NCBI GenBank assembly: GCA_903935335.1
Contig: CAIZRG010000008.1
Coordinates: 23,466 to 87,465 of the forward strand
Source: Oligoflexia bacterium
GTDB taxonomy: Bacteria > Bdellovibrionota > UBA1018
Direction: 5' to 3'
Length of the DNA stretch: 64,000 bases
The notes below the pieces were generated by a model. It was not told where the DNA came from. It was given only the letters and a program-made list of their open reading frames with translations, and did no database searches. This document shows positions 17,908 through 25,423 of this stretch, one piece after another (positions within the stretch are counted from its first letter, which is position 1; each line of letters opens with the position of its first letter). The translations under genes were made by a program, and so were the position numbers.

Positions 17908-18324
17908 ATGAGAACTCAAAAAAAAGCAGAAGAAAAATCCACAATGACCGCATCTCTGAATCGAAGAAATTTTCTCAAACACTCGGCCCTCATCCTCACA
18001 GCTGCCCTCCCGCTCACCCATCTTACTCAAGTGGTTCTAGCCGCATCATCTCAAGAGAAAAATTTGCCCCCACCTTCAGGTTTTTCACCCGTCTCTGAAA
18101 GTGACCCAGTCGCTGCTGCAATTGGCTACAAAGAAAATGTTAAAAATATCGACTTCACGAAATACCCTCAACGAAAAAAAGCCGATGCAAAATCTCAATT
18201 TTGTAATAACTGTGCGCTGTATTCAACGATCCCAGGTAGTACAGCTTGGGGTAAATGCCAAATGCTTACTTCAGGAGTTGTCAAAAGCAAGGGCTGGTGT
18301 GGCTCCTGGTCTAAGAAGATCTAA
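17908..18324 (+). CDS. High-potential iron-sulfur protein (HiPIP) with twin-arginine signal
   Basis: Tat motif NRRNFLKH and an AXA-like cleavage region. Cysteine pattern CNNCALY ... GKCQML ... GWCGSW is typical of HiPIP. Confidence 0.8.
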   Translation: MRTQKKAEEKSTMTASLNRRNFLKHSALILTAALPLTHLTQVVLAASSQEKNLPPPSGFSPVSESDPVAAAIGYKENVKNIDFTKYPQRKKADAKSQFCNNCALYSTIPGSTAWGKCQMLTSGVVKSKGWCGSWSKKI

Positions 18325-18361
18325 ATCTTTAAGAGCACCTTAAATTTTATCAGAATGCAGT

Positions 18362-19225
18362 TCAACACACTAACCTTGAGCTCAAATTCAAATCCATAGA
18401 GTGAGATGGTTTATAAAAATGCGGGGCCTGATTTTTTAATCGACCTTGTATCTTTTCATTTTGACGAGCAATGTTCATGTACTCTCGAGCTGTAGAAATT
18501 GAAAAATTAGGGTATTCATGGATCATCAATCCTTTTAATACTCGACTAGGTCCAATTTCATAAAAAACACAATTTTCCATTGATGGAGTATTCAAAAAAA
18601 TCTCAACAGCTCTGTTCAAAAAAACAGGACTACTCAAATGAGATTTCAAATACTTTTGAATCTCTTGAGGCTTTGATAAAATACGGCTTGCTTCAATAGA
18701 AAAAAATGGAATCTGAGGAGATTGAACTTGAATTTTATCAATGATCGAGTGAAACTGAGACGTAGCCTCTTCAAAAAGTGGGAAATTAACTCCTGCTTGA
18801 TCTTGAAAATCGGAGCGATCTAAGTCTTCCATCAACTCTCCCCTCGCTAAAATCAAGTTCACCCCATCCGATACAGAAATCGCACCAGAAAAAATCAATG
18901 CACTAATCTCACCCATACCATACCCTAAAAGCACAGTCGGCCGGTGGTTAGAAAAAACGAGGCAATGCACTAAGGACCAAGAAAGAGCAAAAATCGTAAT
19001 TTGAAGATTTTTTAAGCTTTTCGAAGTCTCCCAAGACCTTTTTCCCCAGGCCAATTGACCGAGATCTTGACCTGCAAAATAGGATATTTCCTCCATTCGC
19101 AACCTAAACTCTGGGTTGGACAAGTATTGCTTGCCAAATCCGGGCTTAAAGCTACTCTGCCCATCAAAGACATAGATATTTTGAGTTATATTTCTCATAT
19201 ACAAATATTCATACTCGGGAAACAC
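18362..19225 (-). CDS. FabD-like (malonyl-CoA:ACP transacylase fold) protein lacking the catalytic serine
   Basis: It aligns by eye to E. coli FabD: VFDGQSS vs VFPGQGS, LLGYGMGEISALIFSGAISVSDGVNLILARGELM vs [34 protein letters not shown], and FYEIGPSRVLKGL vs LYEVGPGKVLTGL. The GHSLGE motif is replaced by GYGMGE (codons at 18908-18925). Confidence 0.7.
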   Translation of the reverse strand: MFPEYEYLYMRNITQNIYVFDGQSSFKPGFGKQYLSNPEFRLRMEEISYFAGQDLGQLAWGKRSWETSKSLKNLQITIFALSWSLVHCLVFSNHRPTVLLGYGMGEISALIFSGAISVSDGVNLILARGELMEDLDRSDFQDQAGVNFPLFEEATSQFHSIIDKIQVQSPQIPFFSIEASRILSKPQEIQKYLKSHLSSPVFLNRAVEIFLNTPSMENCVFYEIGPSRVLKGLMIHEYPNFSISTAREYMNIARQNEKIQGRLKNQAPHFYKPSHSMDLNLSSRLVC

Positions 19226-19679
19226 GAAGACAGCAATATAAGTTTTGTTTCTAAAGAAAAATTTTTTTTATATTTACTCATTTTACTTTTAAAAAAAGCG
19301 AGTTAAATACCAGAGCGATTGAATCATTAATAGACCTCAAATTTCGCTTTGCCTTCAATGCAAAAAAGAAGAGATTTGGAGCAACAACTTTTTCTGAATT
19401 TTCTAGGACAAAGGGCAGGCAGTAAGCCTCTCAGTCAGAATTACCGGCTACGCTATTTGAAGATCAATTTTATTGACTCGAACCCATGACTGAAACCTAA
19501 ACTGCTAATCGATCCATATGAGAAGATAAACTCTAGATAGAGTTCTCAATAGTCAGATTTTAGACTTCACAAAGAGAAATTTTGAAAGTATTATTAATCT
19601 TCTTGTGTAGATGTTTTGAAGTCAGTTCCGTTTTATATCTCATATAATAATATTTTTGAATTTTAAAATCGACTCTAAA

Positions 19680-20789
19680 ATGACGATTAAGCATCGATTA
19701 CCAGGCCTAGATACCTTACGTTCAATTGCGATTATTTCGGTTATTTTATATCACTATCCAAAAAATGAAGATCAACTTTATTTACGTGCGATCACTCATT
19801 ACGGCTGGATTGGAGTTGATTTATTCTTTGTCCTCAGTGGATTTTTAATTGGAGGACAAGCTTTTCGAGAAATCATAGCTCATGGTAAATTAGATACAAT
19901 TCGTTTTTATCAACGCCGGTTTTTAAGAACATTACCTAGCTATTATATAATATTATTAATTACTTTAATATTTTTTTGGACTCAAGGTAGATCTATTTCA
20001 GAGGGTTGGAAGTATTTCTTTTTTCTTCAGAACTTTGAACTGCCAAAGTTTTTCACTCATTCGTGGTCACTTTGTGTCGAAGAGCATTTTTACTTGGTCT
20101 TTCCATGGATTGTGTCTACTCTTCATCGACTCAAGACACTGAAAATATCTTTAAAAGTATCTTTAATGGTTGGATTCCTTTTTTTAGCGGAGTGGATTCA
20201 AAGAGCCATTTTTTTCAAACATTACCGATTTGATCTAGCTGAAGTTGATCATATTCATTTAGCGTGGTCGGAGTATCTCAGACATATTTTCTACCCTACC
20301 TGGACACATATCGACGGGCTTTTAATTGGAGTAGGAATATCTGCCATTCAAGTTTATCGCCCTAAAATATGGACTCAACTTCTCAATCAAGGAAGAATGT
20401 TTTTAGTTGGAAGTCTCATTTTACTCCTGCTCAGCAGTTGGATCGCCTATTCACCAATGAACGCACTCGCTACGATCTTTGGGTTTACTTTCATTTCTTT
20501 GTCTTTTGGAATGCTCATCATTACTGCTGTCAGTGAAAAAACTTGGCTAGGAACTACTTACTTTCCATTGACGAAGAAAATCTCAGAACTCTCTTACTCC
20601 ATGTACTTGACACATGTTTTTGGCATCCATGCAGCATATACTATTGTTCAATTTTTTAACGCAAGTATTACAAGCATTCTTCTGCCTAGTCTTTCTGCCC
20701 TAGGCATTGGTTTATTCTCTTTTCTACTTCATATTACTGTGGAAAAACCGTTCCTCCGATTGAGAGACAGACTCAAATTGAAAATTTAG
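19680..20789 (+). CDS. Acyltransferase-3 family membrane O-acyltransferase
   Basis: RLPGLDTLRSIAIISVILYH and WIGVDLFFVLSGFLI are typical of the acyltransferase_3 (OafA/NolL) family, with about 10 TM spans. I prefer the ATG at 19680 over the track's TTG at 19656. Confidence 0.8.
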   Translation: MTIKHRLPGLDTLRSIAIISVILYHYPKNEDQLYLRAITHYGWIGVDLFFVLSGFLIGGQAFREIIAHGKLDTIRFYQRRFLRTLPSYYIILLITLIFFWTQGRSISEGWKYFFFLQNFELPKFFTHSWSLCVEEHFYLVFPWIVSTLHRLKTLKISLKVSLMVGFLFLAEWIQRAIFFKHYRFDLAEVDHIHLAWSEYLRHIFYPTWTHIDGLLIGVGISAIQVYRPKIWTQLLNQGRMFLVGSLILLLLSSWIAYSPMNALATIFGFTFISLSFGMLIITAVSEKTWLGTTYFPLTKKISELSYSMYLTHVFGIHAAYTIVQFFNASITSILLPSLSALGIGLFSFLLHITVEKPFLRLRDRLKLKI

Positions 20790-20867
20790 AAAATTTTTTA
20801 TTTATTTCAGTAAATTTACGATAGTAATTAATAAAATAATATTTAATTAGAAAAAAGGATAATTATA

Positions 20868-21281
20868 ATGAATAAAATTTATGAAATACCAGGAAAAGTT
20901 TTTTCTTCATGGGAACCCAGCGTGAAAGCCATGATTGATACTTGGAGCAGCTATGCCGTAAGTCTAGCAGAATTTAAAGAAGTTGTTCTCAGTAAAGGCG
21001 TCTCCCACGCAAAACTGAATGGTGCAAAAGCATGGATTGTTGACTCGAGCCAAGCAACTGGAGCTTTTTCGAAAGAAATTCAGAGCTTTATTGGATCGGA
21101 TATTTTTCCAGCTTTTGCCAAAATTGGCATCAAATATTTTATCACAATTACTTCACAAAGTGCCATTACCCGAATGTCTATCTCCAGCTACACCGAAAAA
21201 GCAGGACCCAATGGCCTCTCTCTCCTTGAAGTGAGCAGCACAGAACAAGCTTTCGAGTGGCTAAAAAAGAACTTGAAATAA
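20868..21281 (+). CDS. Hypothetical cytoplasmic protein
   Basis: 137-aa ORF with AGGA about 9 nt upstream. No motif that I recognise. Confidence 0.55.
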   Translation: MNKIYEIPGKVFSSWEPSVKAMIDTWSSYAVSLAEFKEVVLSKGVSHAKLNGAKAWIVDSSQATGAFSKEIQSFIGSDIFPAFAKIGIKYFITITSQSAITRMSISSYTEKAGPNGLSLLEVSSTEQAFEWLKKNLK

Positions 21282-21477
21282 AAAGTGACCGAGTAAAAAC
21301 TTTCAATGTTGGAAAAACAGCACAAATCCACACTTGACGAATAAAAAAAAAGTAAATACTAGATAAGCTGTTGGTTTTGCAGTAGTAAATCTTCAGCAGC
21401 TCTCAGTCGTTTTTCAGTAGACTCAGGTCTTTTGAAATGCTACAAGTTACTGAAATTTATCAACAATCATATCAGGT

Positions 21478-21553
21478 GCCGATGTAGCTCAGTTGGTAGA
21501 GCAACGCTTTCGTAAAGCGTAGGTCGTCCGTTCAATCCGGATCATCGGCTCCA
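21478..21553 (+). tRNA. tRNA-Thr (anticodon CGT), CCA encoded
   Basis: Folded by hand as follows: acceptor GCCGATG/CATCGGC, D arm GCTC-AGTTGGTA-GAGC, anticodon arm ACGCT-TTCGTAA-AGCGT, T arm GTCCG-TTCAATC-CGGAT, discriminator T, then CCA. Total 76 nt. Confidence 0.9.
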
Positions 21554-21952
21554 AGAATAATTCATAGAATGACATCGCCAAAACTACAGAAAGTCATGAT
21601 TCCTTGATTATCAGGTCTGATGCAGGATAAGAAAGATCTCTACAATTAATAGGTATTCAATTGACAAGAGGTCAACCCATCAATCACTTGGAAAATCAAA
21701 ACCTGCTTTCTGGCATTATTATATAGTTTTTCAACACTCGCAATGGATTGGTCAACTTTAGATCCGTATCAGGAAACACGAAGCTTCGACTATGCTCATC
21801 ATATTTTATCTATCTTAGTGTTGGAATGTATATGAATCAGGCATTCAGCCATACTCAGTCATTTATCTTTTCCCAAACATAGAATTAGCTCTATTAGAAG
21901 ACGAACTAAGTTCAGAGGATTGGGCAGCAAAAGCCGCACAAGCTTATTATGA

Positions 21953-22129
21953 AAGGATTGTAAACTACATCGAAAACGAATCTCTGAAATAGATTGTCAC
22001 AAACGGTACTCCTATTTTGCCACATTGATTAAACTGAATAAGAAGCAGTTCCGTTTGGTTTGGTTGCTTGAAGATCATGCAATCTATATTGGAATCGTAA
22101 ACGCTTATCGAGACGATAGAAAGAGGTGA
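21953..22129 (+). pseudogene. RelE/ParE/HigB-like toxin C-terminal remnant
   Basis: An open frame without a start codon ends ...KKQFRLVWLLEDHAIYIGIVNAYRDDRKR*. This matches the C-terminal [YF]R-hydrophobic...I.I..V...R pattern of RelE/ParE toxins. Its stop lies 4 nt before the HTH gene ATG. Confidence 0.3.
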
Positions 22130-22132
22130 ATC

Positions 22133-22434
22133 ATGGGATTTCCAAGTGAAAAGGAATTAAAGGCAATTCGATCAAAGCTTGAAAGGGCAGAACCTTCTCG
22201 GCTTCTACCTAAAGACGCCTCCAAAGCAGACCGGGTTAAATATAAGCTGTGCGAGAAATTTGTGATCTACTTGCTCGATCACAAAATGACTCAAGTTCAG
22301 CTAGCAAAAAAGCTGAAAATTGACCCTTCTCGTATCAATGAAATCGTAAGTATCGGATCGATCTCTACACAGTTGATAAGCTAATGGACTTAGCCGAGCG
22401 CCTTGAAATGAATTTTGATGTGGAAGTGGCTTAA
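22133..22434 (+). pseudogene. XRE-family HTH antitoxin (HigA-like), frameshifted
   Basis: Frame 1 gives MTQVQLAKKLKIDPSRINEIV and then stops at 22384. A shifted frame continues YRIDLYTVDKLMDLAERLEMNFDVEVA*, which is the expected C-terminus. This implies a 1-nt frameshift near 22350-22356. Confidence 0.5.
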
Positions 22435-22836
22435 ATCTAAAAGTCGAGACTCGACCTACCAGTTCAGAAGAGCTTCAAAGACGTTCTGATAGACTTGCCT
22501 TTTGCAAACTACACCCAAAGCTAGACTTGGAAGGTACTGCCTCTCTACTGTAACGGCAAGGAGCCTGTCTAACTTTGATCTGAGTATGCCTTCGTTACGA
22601 GTCATCGTAGCATCCTAGTTAATTCCTATCCTGTGGAAATGCTATCACCATATCAACCCCATGATAGACTGAATTGGTATTGGTCTAAAAACCCGACTAT
22701 CGTCATGATGAGCAGAGAGATTATCTGAAAGAACAAAAACATGCTCTGCTGGATCGAATTATAAAAACAATGAGGAGAGCCGATCCCATCGAGAGGACAT
22801 TGTCGATGATCTACTTCTTGCGGTTCATAGGTTGGG

Positions 22837-23508
22837 TCATTTTAACTCCGAAACAGGCTGAGTAAGTAACTCAGGGTATAGATGGAACCTCTTGGCCTTG
22901 AGGGTATTTGAGATTTCTTGGTCATGGGTCGCAATAATCACCATTCCACCCGATTGAACGTGAGAATTGACGTGATCAAAGAAGACCGACTGATAATGGG
23001 CGTCCAGCCCATTTGTAGGTTCATCCAAAATCCAAATTGGAACTTGCTTGAGGAGCGTAGCTGCAAAAAAAGACCGTTTTCGTTGTCCAAGAGAAAGGGT
23101 TTCGATGGGCTTCGTAAGCAATTCTTGTAATCCAAACTTATCATTGCCCTCATCGACCAGTCCTTGAAGGTTAAGCTTACGGACCGAAGCAACAAAGGAT
23201 AGCAAATCCAAAGGAGTTGCCTTTGGGTAAAAGGCGGGATGGTCAGGCATAAAAGACCTATGCTGATTTACTGTTTCTGGTTCCCTGAAAGCATCCAAAT
23301 CACAAATATGAAGTGAGCCACTGAAACTTCGCTCAGCTCCTGCAAGAATTCTTAATAGAGTACTTTTGCCTCGCCCATTCTTGCCGTACAGGCAGTACGC
23401 CCCCGAGCTCCATGAAAACGATAAGTCGGCAATAACCGGTTTATTTCTAAACCCAATACCAAGTTGACTTGCAACTACACTCATAAGTGAACCTTTTCTG
23501 CTATCCAC
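22837..23508 (-). CDS. ABC transporter ATP-binding protein
   Basis: Walker A GKNGRGKSTLL, signature LSLGQRKR and Walker B WILDEPTNGLD. It overlaps the upstream membrane gene by 28 nt. Confidence 0.85.
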   Translation of the reverse strand: MDSRKGSLMSVVASQLGIGFRNKPVIADLSFSWSSGAYCLYGKNGRGKSTLLRILAGAERSFSGSLHICDLDAFREPETVNQHRSFMPDHPAFYPKATPLDLLSFVASVRKLNLQGLVDEGNDKFGLQELLTKPIETLSLGQRKRSFFAATLLKQVPIWILDEPTNGLDAHYQSVFFDHVNSHVQSGGMVIIATHDQEISNTLKAKRFHLYPELLTQPVSELK

Positions 23509-24539
23509 GCTACGAACAGGACAACAACCATAAACCTTAGGACAAATCCCTTTTCTGACCCTCTGTAAATCAAATGAGAGATTCTCATCAGGATAGCTCC
23601 GAAAAGAAGCTCAATTAAAACAGATGCCCACCCGTAACCTGCCATGATGGACCAAATGGGCATTTGAATAAGGAGAGGGACCGCAATTCCTCGACTGACT
23701 TTTGTATTCAAAAGCTGCTGCTCACTCATAGAAGTAGGTAGAGTAAAAATAAATGAATCGCAGGTTTCGTCTAAGCTATTCAATGCATAGGTAATGGGAG
23801 TAACCACCAAGAGACTGATTCCAAAAATCATCAACCATAAAAACTGTTTCGGCTGATCAGCAGATGGAACAAAAGCAATGCTCCAACCCAAAGCACTCAG
23901 GCAGACCAAAAACGCTGCCCCCATCACAAACTGGCGCCTTCTGTTCTTAAATAGAATGAGTAGTTTCCTCAGCTCAATCCGAATGAAGCCAAGATTAGGC
24001 ATTGGAACCGTTAAATTGAATTGAGGAAGCAACTGAGAAACAAGACTCGAAGCGATGCAATTTGCGGTCATCAACCCTACAAAGCAGATCCCAATAACGG
24101 AAGTTTTCAACAATCCGATCCCTCGACCGTAAGCAATCAACTGAGCCAAATAGGCAATAAAAAGCAACACCAAAGATGGAAACTGGATTAGAGCAGACTC
24201 GGTCCAAGCAGATATTCTGCGATAGGTCTTTCCTACAGGAAGAGACAGTTCAAATTGCCTCAGAGATGTGGGTAATCCAAGTTTTGAGTGGATAAATAAT
24301 ACAAGAATATTCAACAATTCGGTAAAACCCAATGCCAACCCTTGATTGAGATCAAACGGATCTCGATGAACCAAGGCAACCCAGGCATGAAGGTAGGCAG
24401 ACAAGGCAGCAGGAGGGGTTAGCAAAAGTGCAAAGATACTGATTACAACGATTCTTCCATGAAGAATGTCCCAGTATCGAGCGAACACAGCCCGAATCTG
24501 GAAGCTCAAAAGTTGTAAGAGGGCGCCAGATTGGTTCAT
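23481..24539 (-). CDS. Polytopic membrane protein, probable permease partner of the ABC ATPase
   Basis: 352 aa with at least 8 hydrophobic spans. It is translationally coupled on both sides. No recognisable family motif. Confidence 0.6.
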   Translation of the reverse strand: MNQSGALLQLLSFQIRAVFARYWDILHGRIVVISIFALLLTPPAALSAYLHAWVALVHRDPFDLNQGLALGFTELLNILVLFIHSKLGLPTSLRQFELSLPVGKTYRRISAWTESALIQFPSLVLLFIAYLAQLIAYGRGIGLLKTSVIGICFVGLMTANCIASSLVSQLLPQFNLTVPMPNLGFIRIELRKLLILFKNRRRQFVMGAAFLVCLSALGWSIAFVPSADQPKQFLWLMIFGISLLVVTPITYALNSLDETCDSFIFTLPTSMSEQQLLNTKVSRGIAVPLLIQMPIWSIMAGYGWASVLIELLFGAILMRISHLIYRGSEKGFVLRFMVVVLFVAWIAEKVHL

Positions 24540-24871
24540 TGTTTGGGTTTCCTAAATCGCATAATAAGAGCATGCCCGTCTGGAGTTTCCACTTCGGCTT
24601 CAGGAAGGAATCCCGCCCTACTGTAGCACGTAAATGCTCGTCGATTTCCCGGATCAACATCGATCACTACGGATGTCACTCCATAGCTCTTAAATAATTT
24701 ACAGACAAATTTCTTAACTGTTTGAGTACCAATGCCACGACCGAGTTGATCCTCTTCACCCATGAAGAGGTCCATTCCAAAGGTGCTCTCAGCTTCATTT
24801 GGCCACCAACCATTTGCTTCACGCCAAGTCATGTATCCTTGAATGTAGCCGATTGGCTGTGAAGCTAGCAA
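24536..24871 (-). pseudogene. GNAT acetyltransferase (AAC(6')/Acetyltransf_8-like), N-terminally truncated
   Basis: Only the C-terminal two-thirds is present: QPIGYIQGY...MGEEDQLGRGIGTQTVKKFVCKLF...VVIDVDPGNRRAFTCYSRAGF...TPDGHALIM. The upstream sequence runs directly into the integrase remnant, and the only start available is TTG. Confidence 0.5.
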
Positions 24872-25215
24872 AATGAACGGAAGATTCCTTCTTGTTCAGG
24901 CGAGCATAGTTTTCCAGAAAGTCTTTTGAAAGCTCTTCAAAGGTAGCGCTCTTCCGAAACTCTTTTTTTTTTGCACCAGGATCGACTCCAAGTTGGACCC
25001 CACCCAAAATCTTTTTGGCGCTCTCTCTGGCATCTGCCAGAGTCATGAGGGGATAGGTTCCAATTGTGACTCTTCGTCTCCGTCCGGAAGTTCAGTAACA
25101 CACATTGAAACTCAGCATTACAACTCCTGAAATGACAAGACAAGGGGTGAACGTTTGTGGAAGAGGCCAACACCAAGAAACCGTTGGAATGGACCCCATG
25201 TGGACCCCCCCGCAT
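24819..25215 (-). pseudogene. P4-type tyrosine integrase, N-terminal remnant (frameshifted, C-terminal catalytic domain deleted)
   Basis: ...GRRRRVTIGTYPLMTLADARESAKKILGGVQLGVDPGAKKKEFRKSATFEELSKDFLENY matches the integrase N-terminal (DUF4102-type) domain. The preceding part (GFLVLASS...FR) lies in another frame, and no R-H-R-Y catalytic domain follows. It is adjacent to the tRNA-Gln 3' end. Confidence 0.6.
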
Positions 25216-25259
25216 TTGGGGGATTTTTCTAATTTTTAATCTTCTTCAATGATATTAAA

Positions 25260-25333
25260 TGGCTGGGGAACTAGGATTCGAACCTAGATAGCCAGAGTCA
25301 GAGTCTGGAGTCCTACCATTGGACGATTCCCCA
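25260..25333 (-). tRNA. tRNA-Gln (anticodon CTG), CCA encoded
   Basis: Hand fold of the reverse complement is as follows: TGGGGAA-TC-GTCC-AATGGTA-GGAC-T-CCAGA-CTCTGAC-TCTGG-CTAT-CTAGG-TTCGAAT-CCTAG-TTCCCCA-G-CCA. Total 74 nt. Confidence 0.9.
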
Positions 25334-25423
25334 TCAGTTTTCTAAGGATTAAAAAGCAATGAAAAACGTCTCAAATCTTTACCCTTTCCTGTGCTTTCAA
25401 TCAAGAGTCCAATCGGCTCAAGT

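Larger units (their letters stand above)
21554..25259. mobile_element. Degenerate tRNA-flanked genomic island (integrase remnant next to tRNA-Gln 3' end)
   Basis: It is bounded by tRNA-Thr and tRNA-Gln. It contains a frameshifted and truncated P4-type integrase N-terminus, a truncated GNAT, toxin-antitoxin remnants and non-coding debris (22435-22836). An intact ABC ATPase/membrane gene pair is also present. Confidence 0.55.

Noticed and set aside
21334-21362. Possible promoter for tRNA-Thr (TTGACG followed by an A-rich spacer)
   Set aside because: No acceptable -10 hexamer lies at 16-18 nt spacing (tactag/atacta), so the evidence is too weak to annotate.
21554-22900. Search for an att direct repeat matching the tRNA-Gln 3' end (tggctggggaactaggattcgaacc) at the far side of the island
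   Set aside because: No convincing match was found by eye. The far boundary of the island therefore remains undefined and may have been deleted.
22918-24660. Alternative-frame ORFs in the island genes (22918..23130, 22938..23195, 23995..24207, 24352..24660)
   Set aside because: They are embedded in the ABC ATPase and membrane protein ORFs, which have clear motifs and TM structure.
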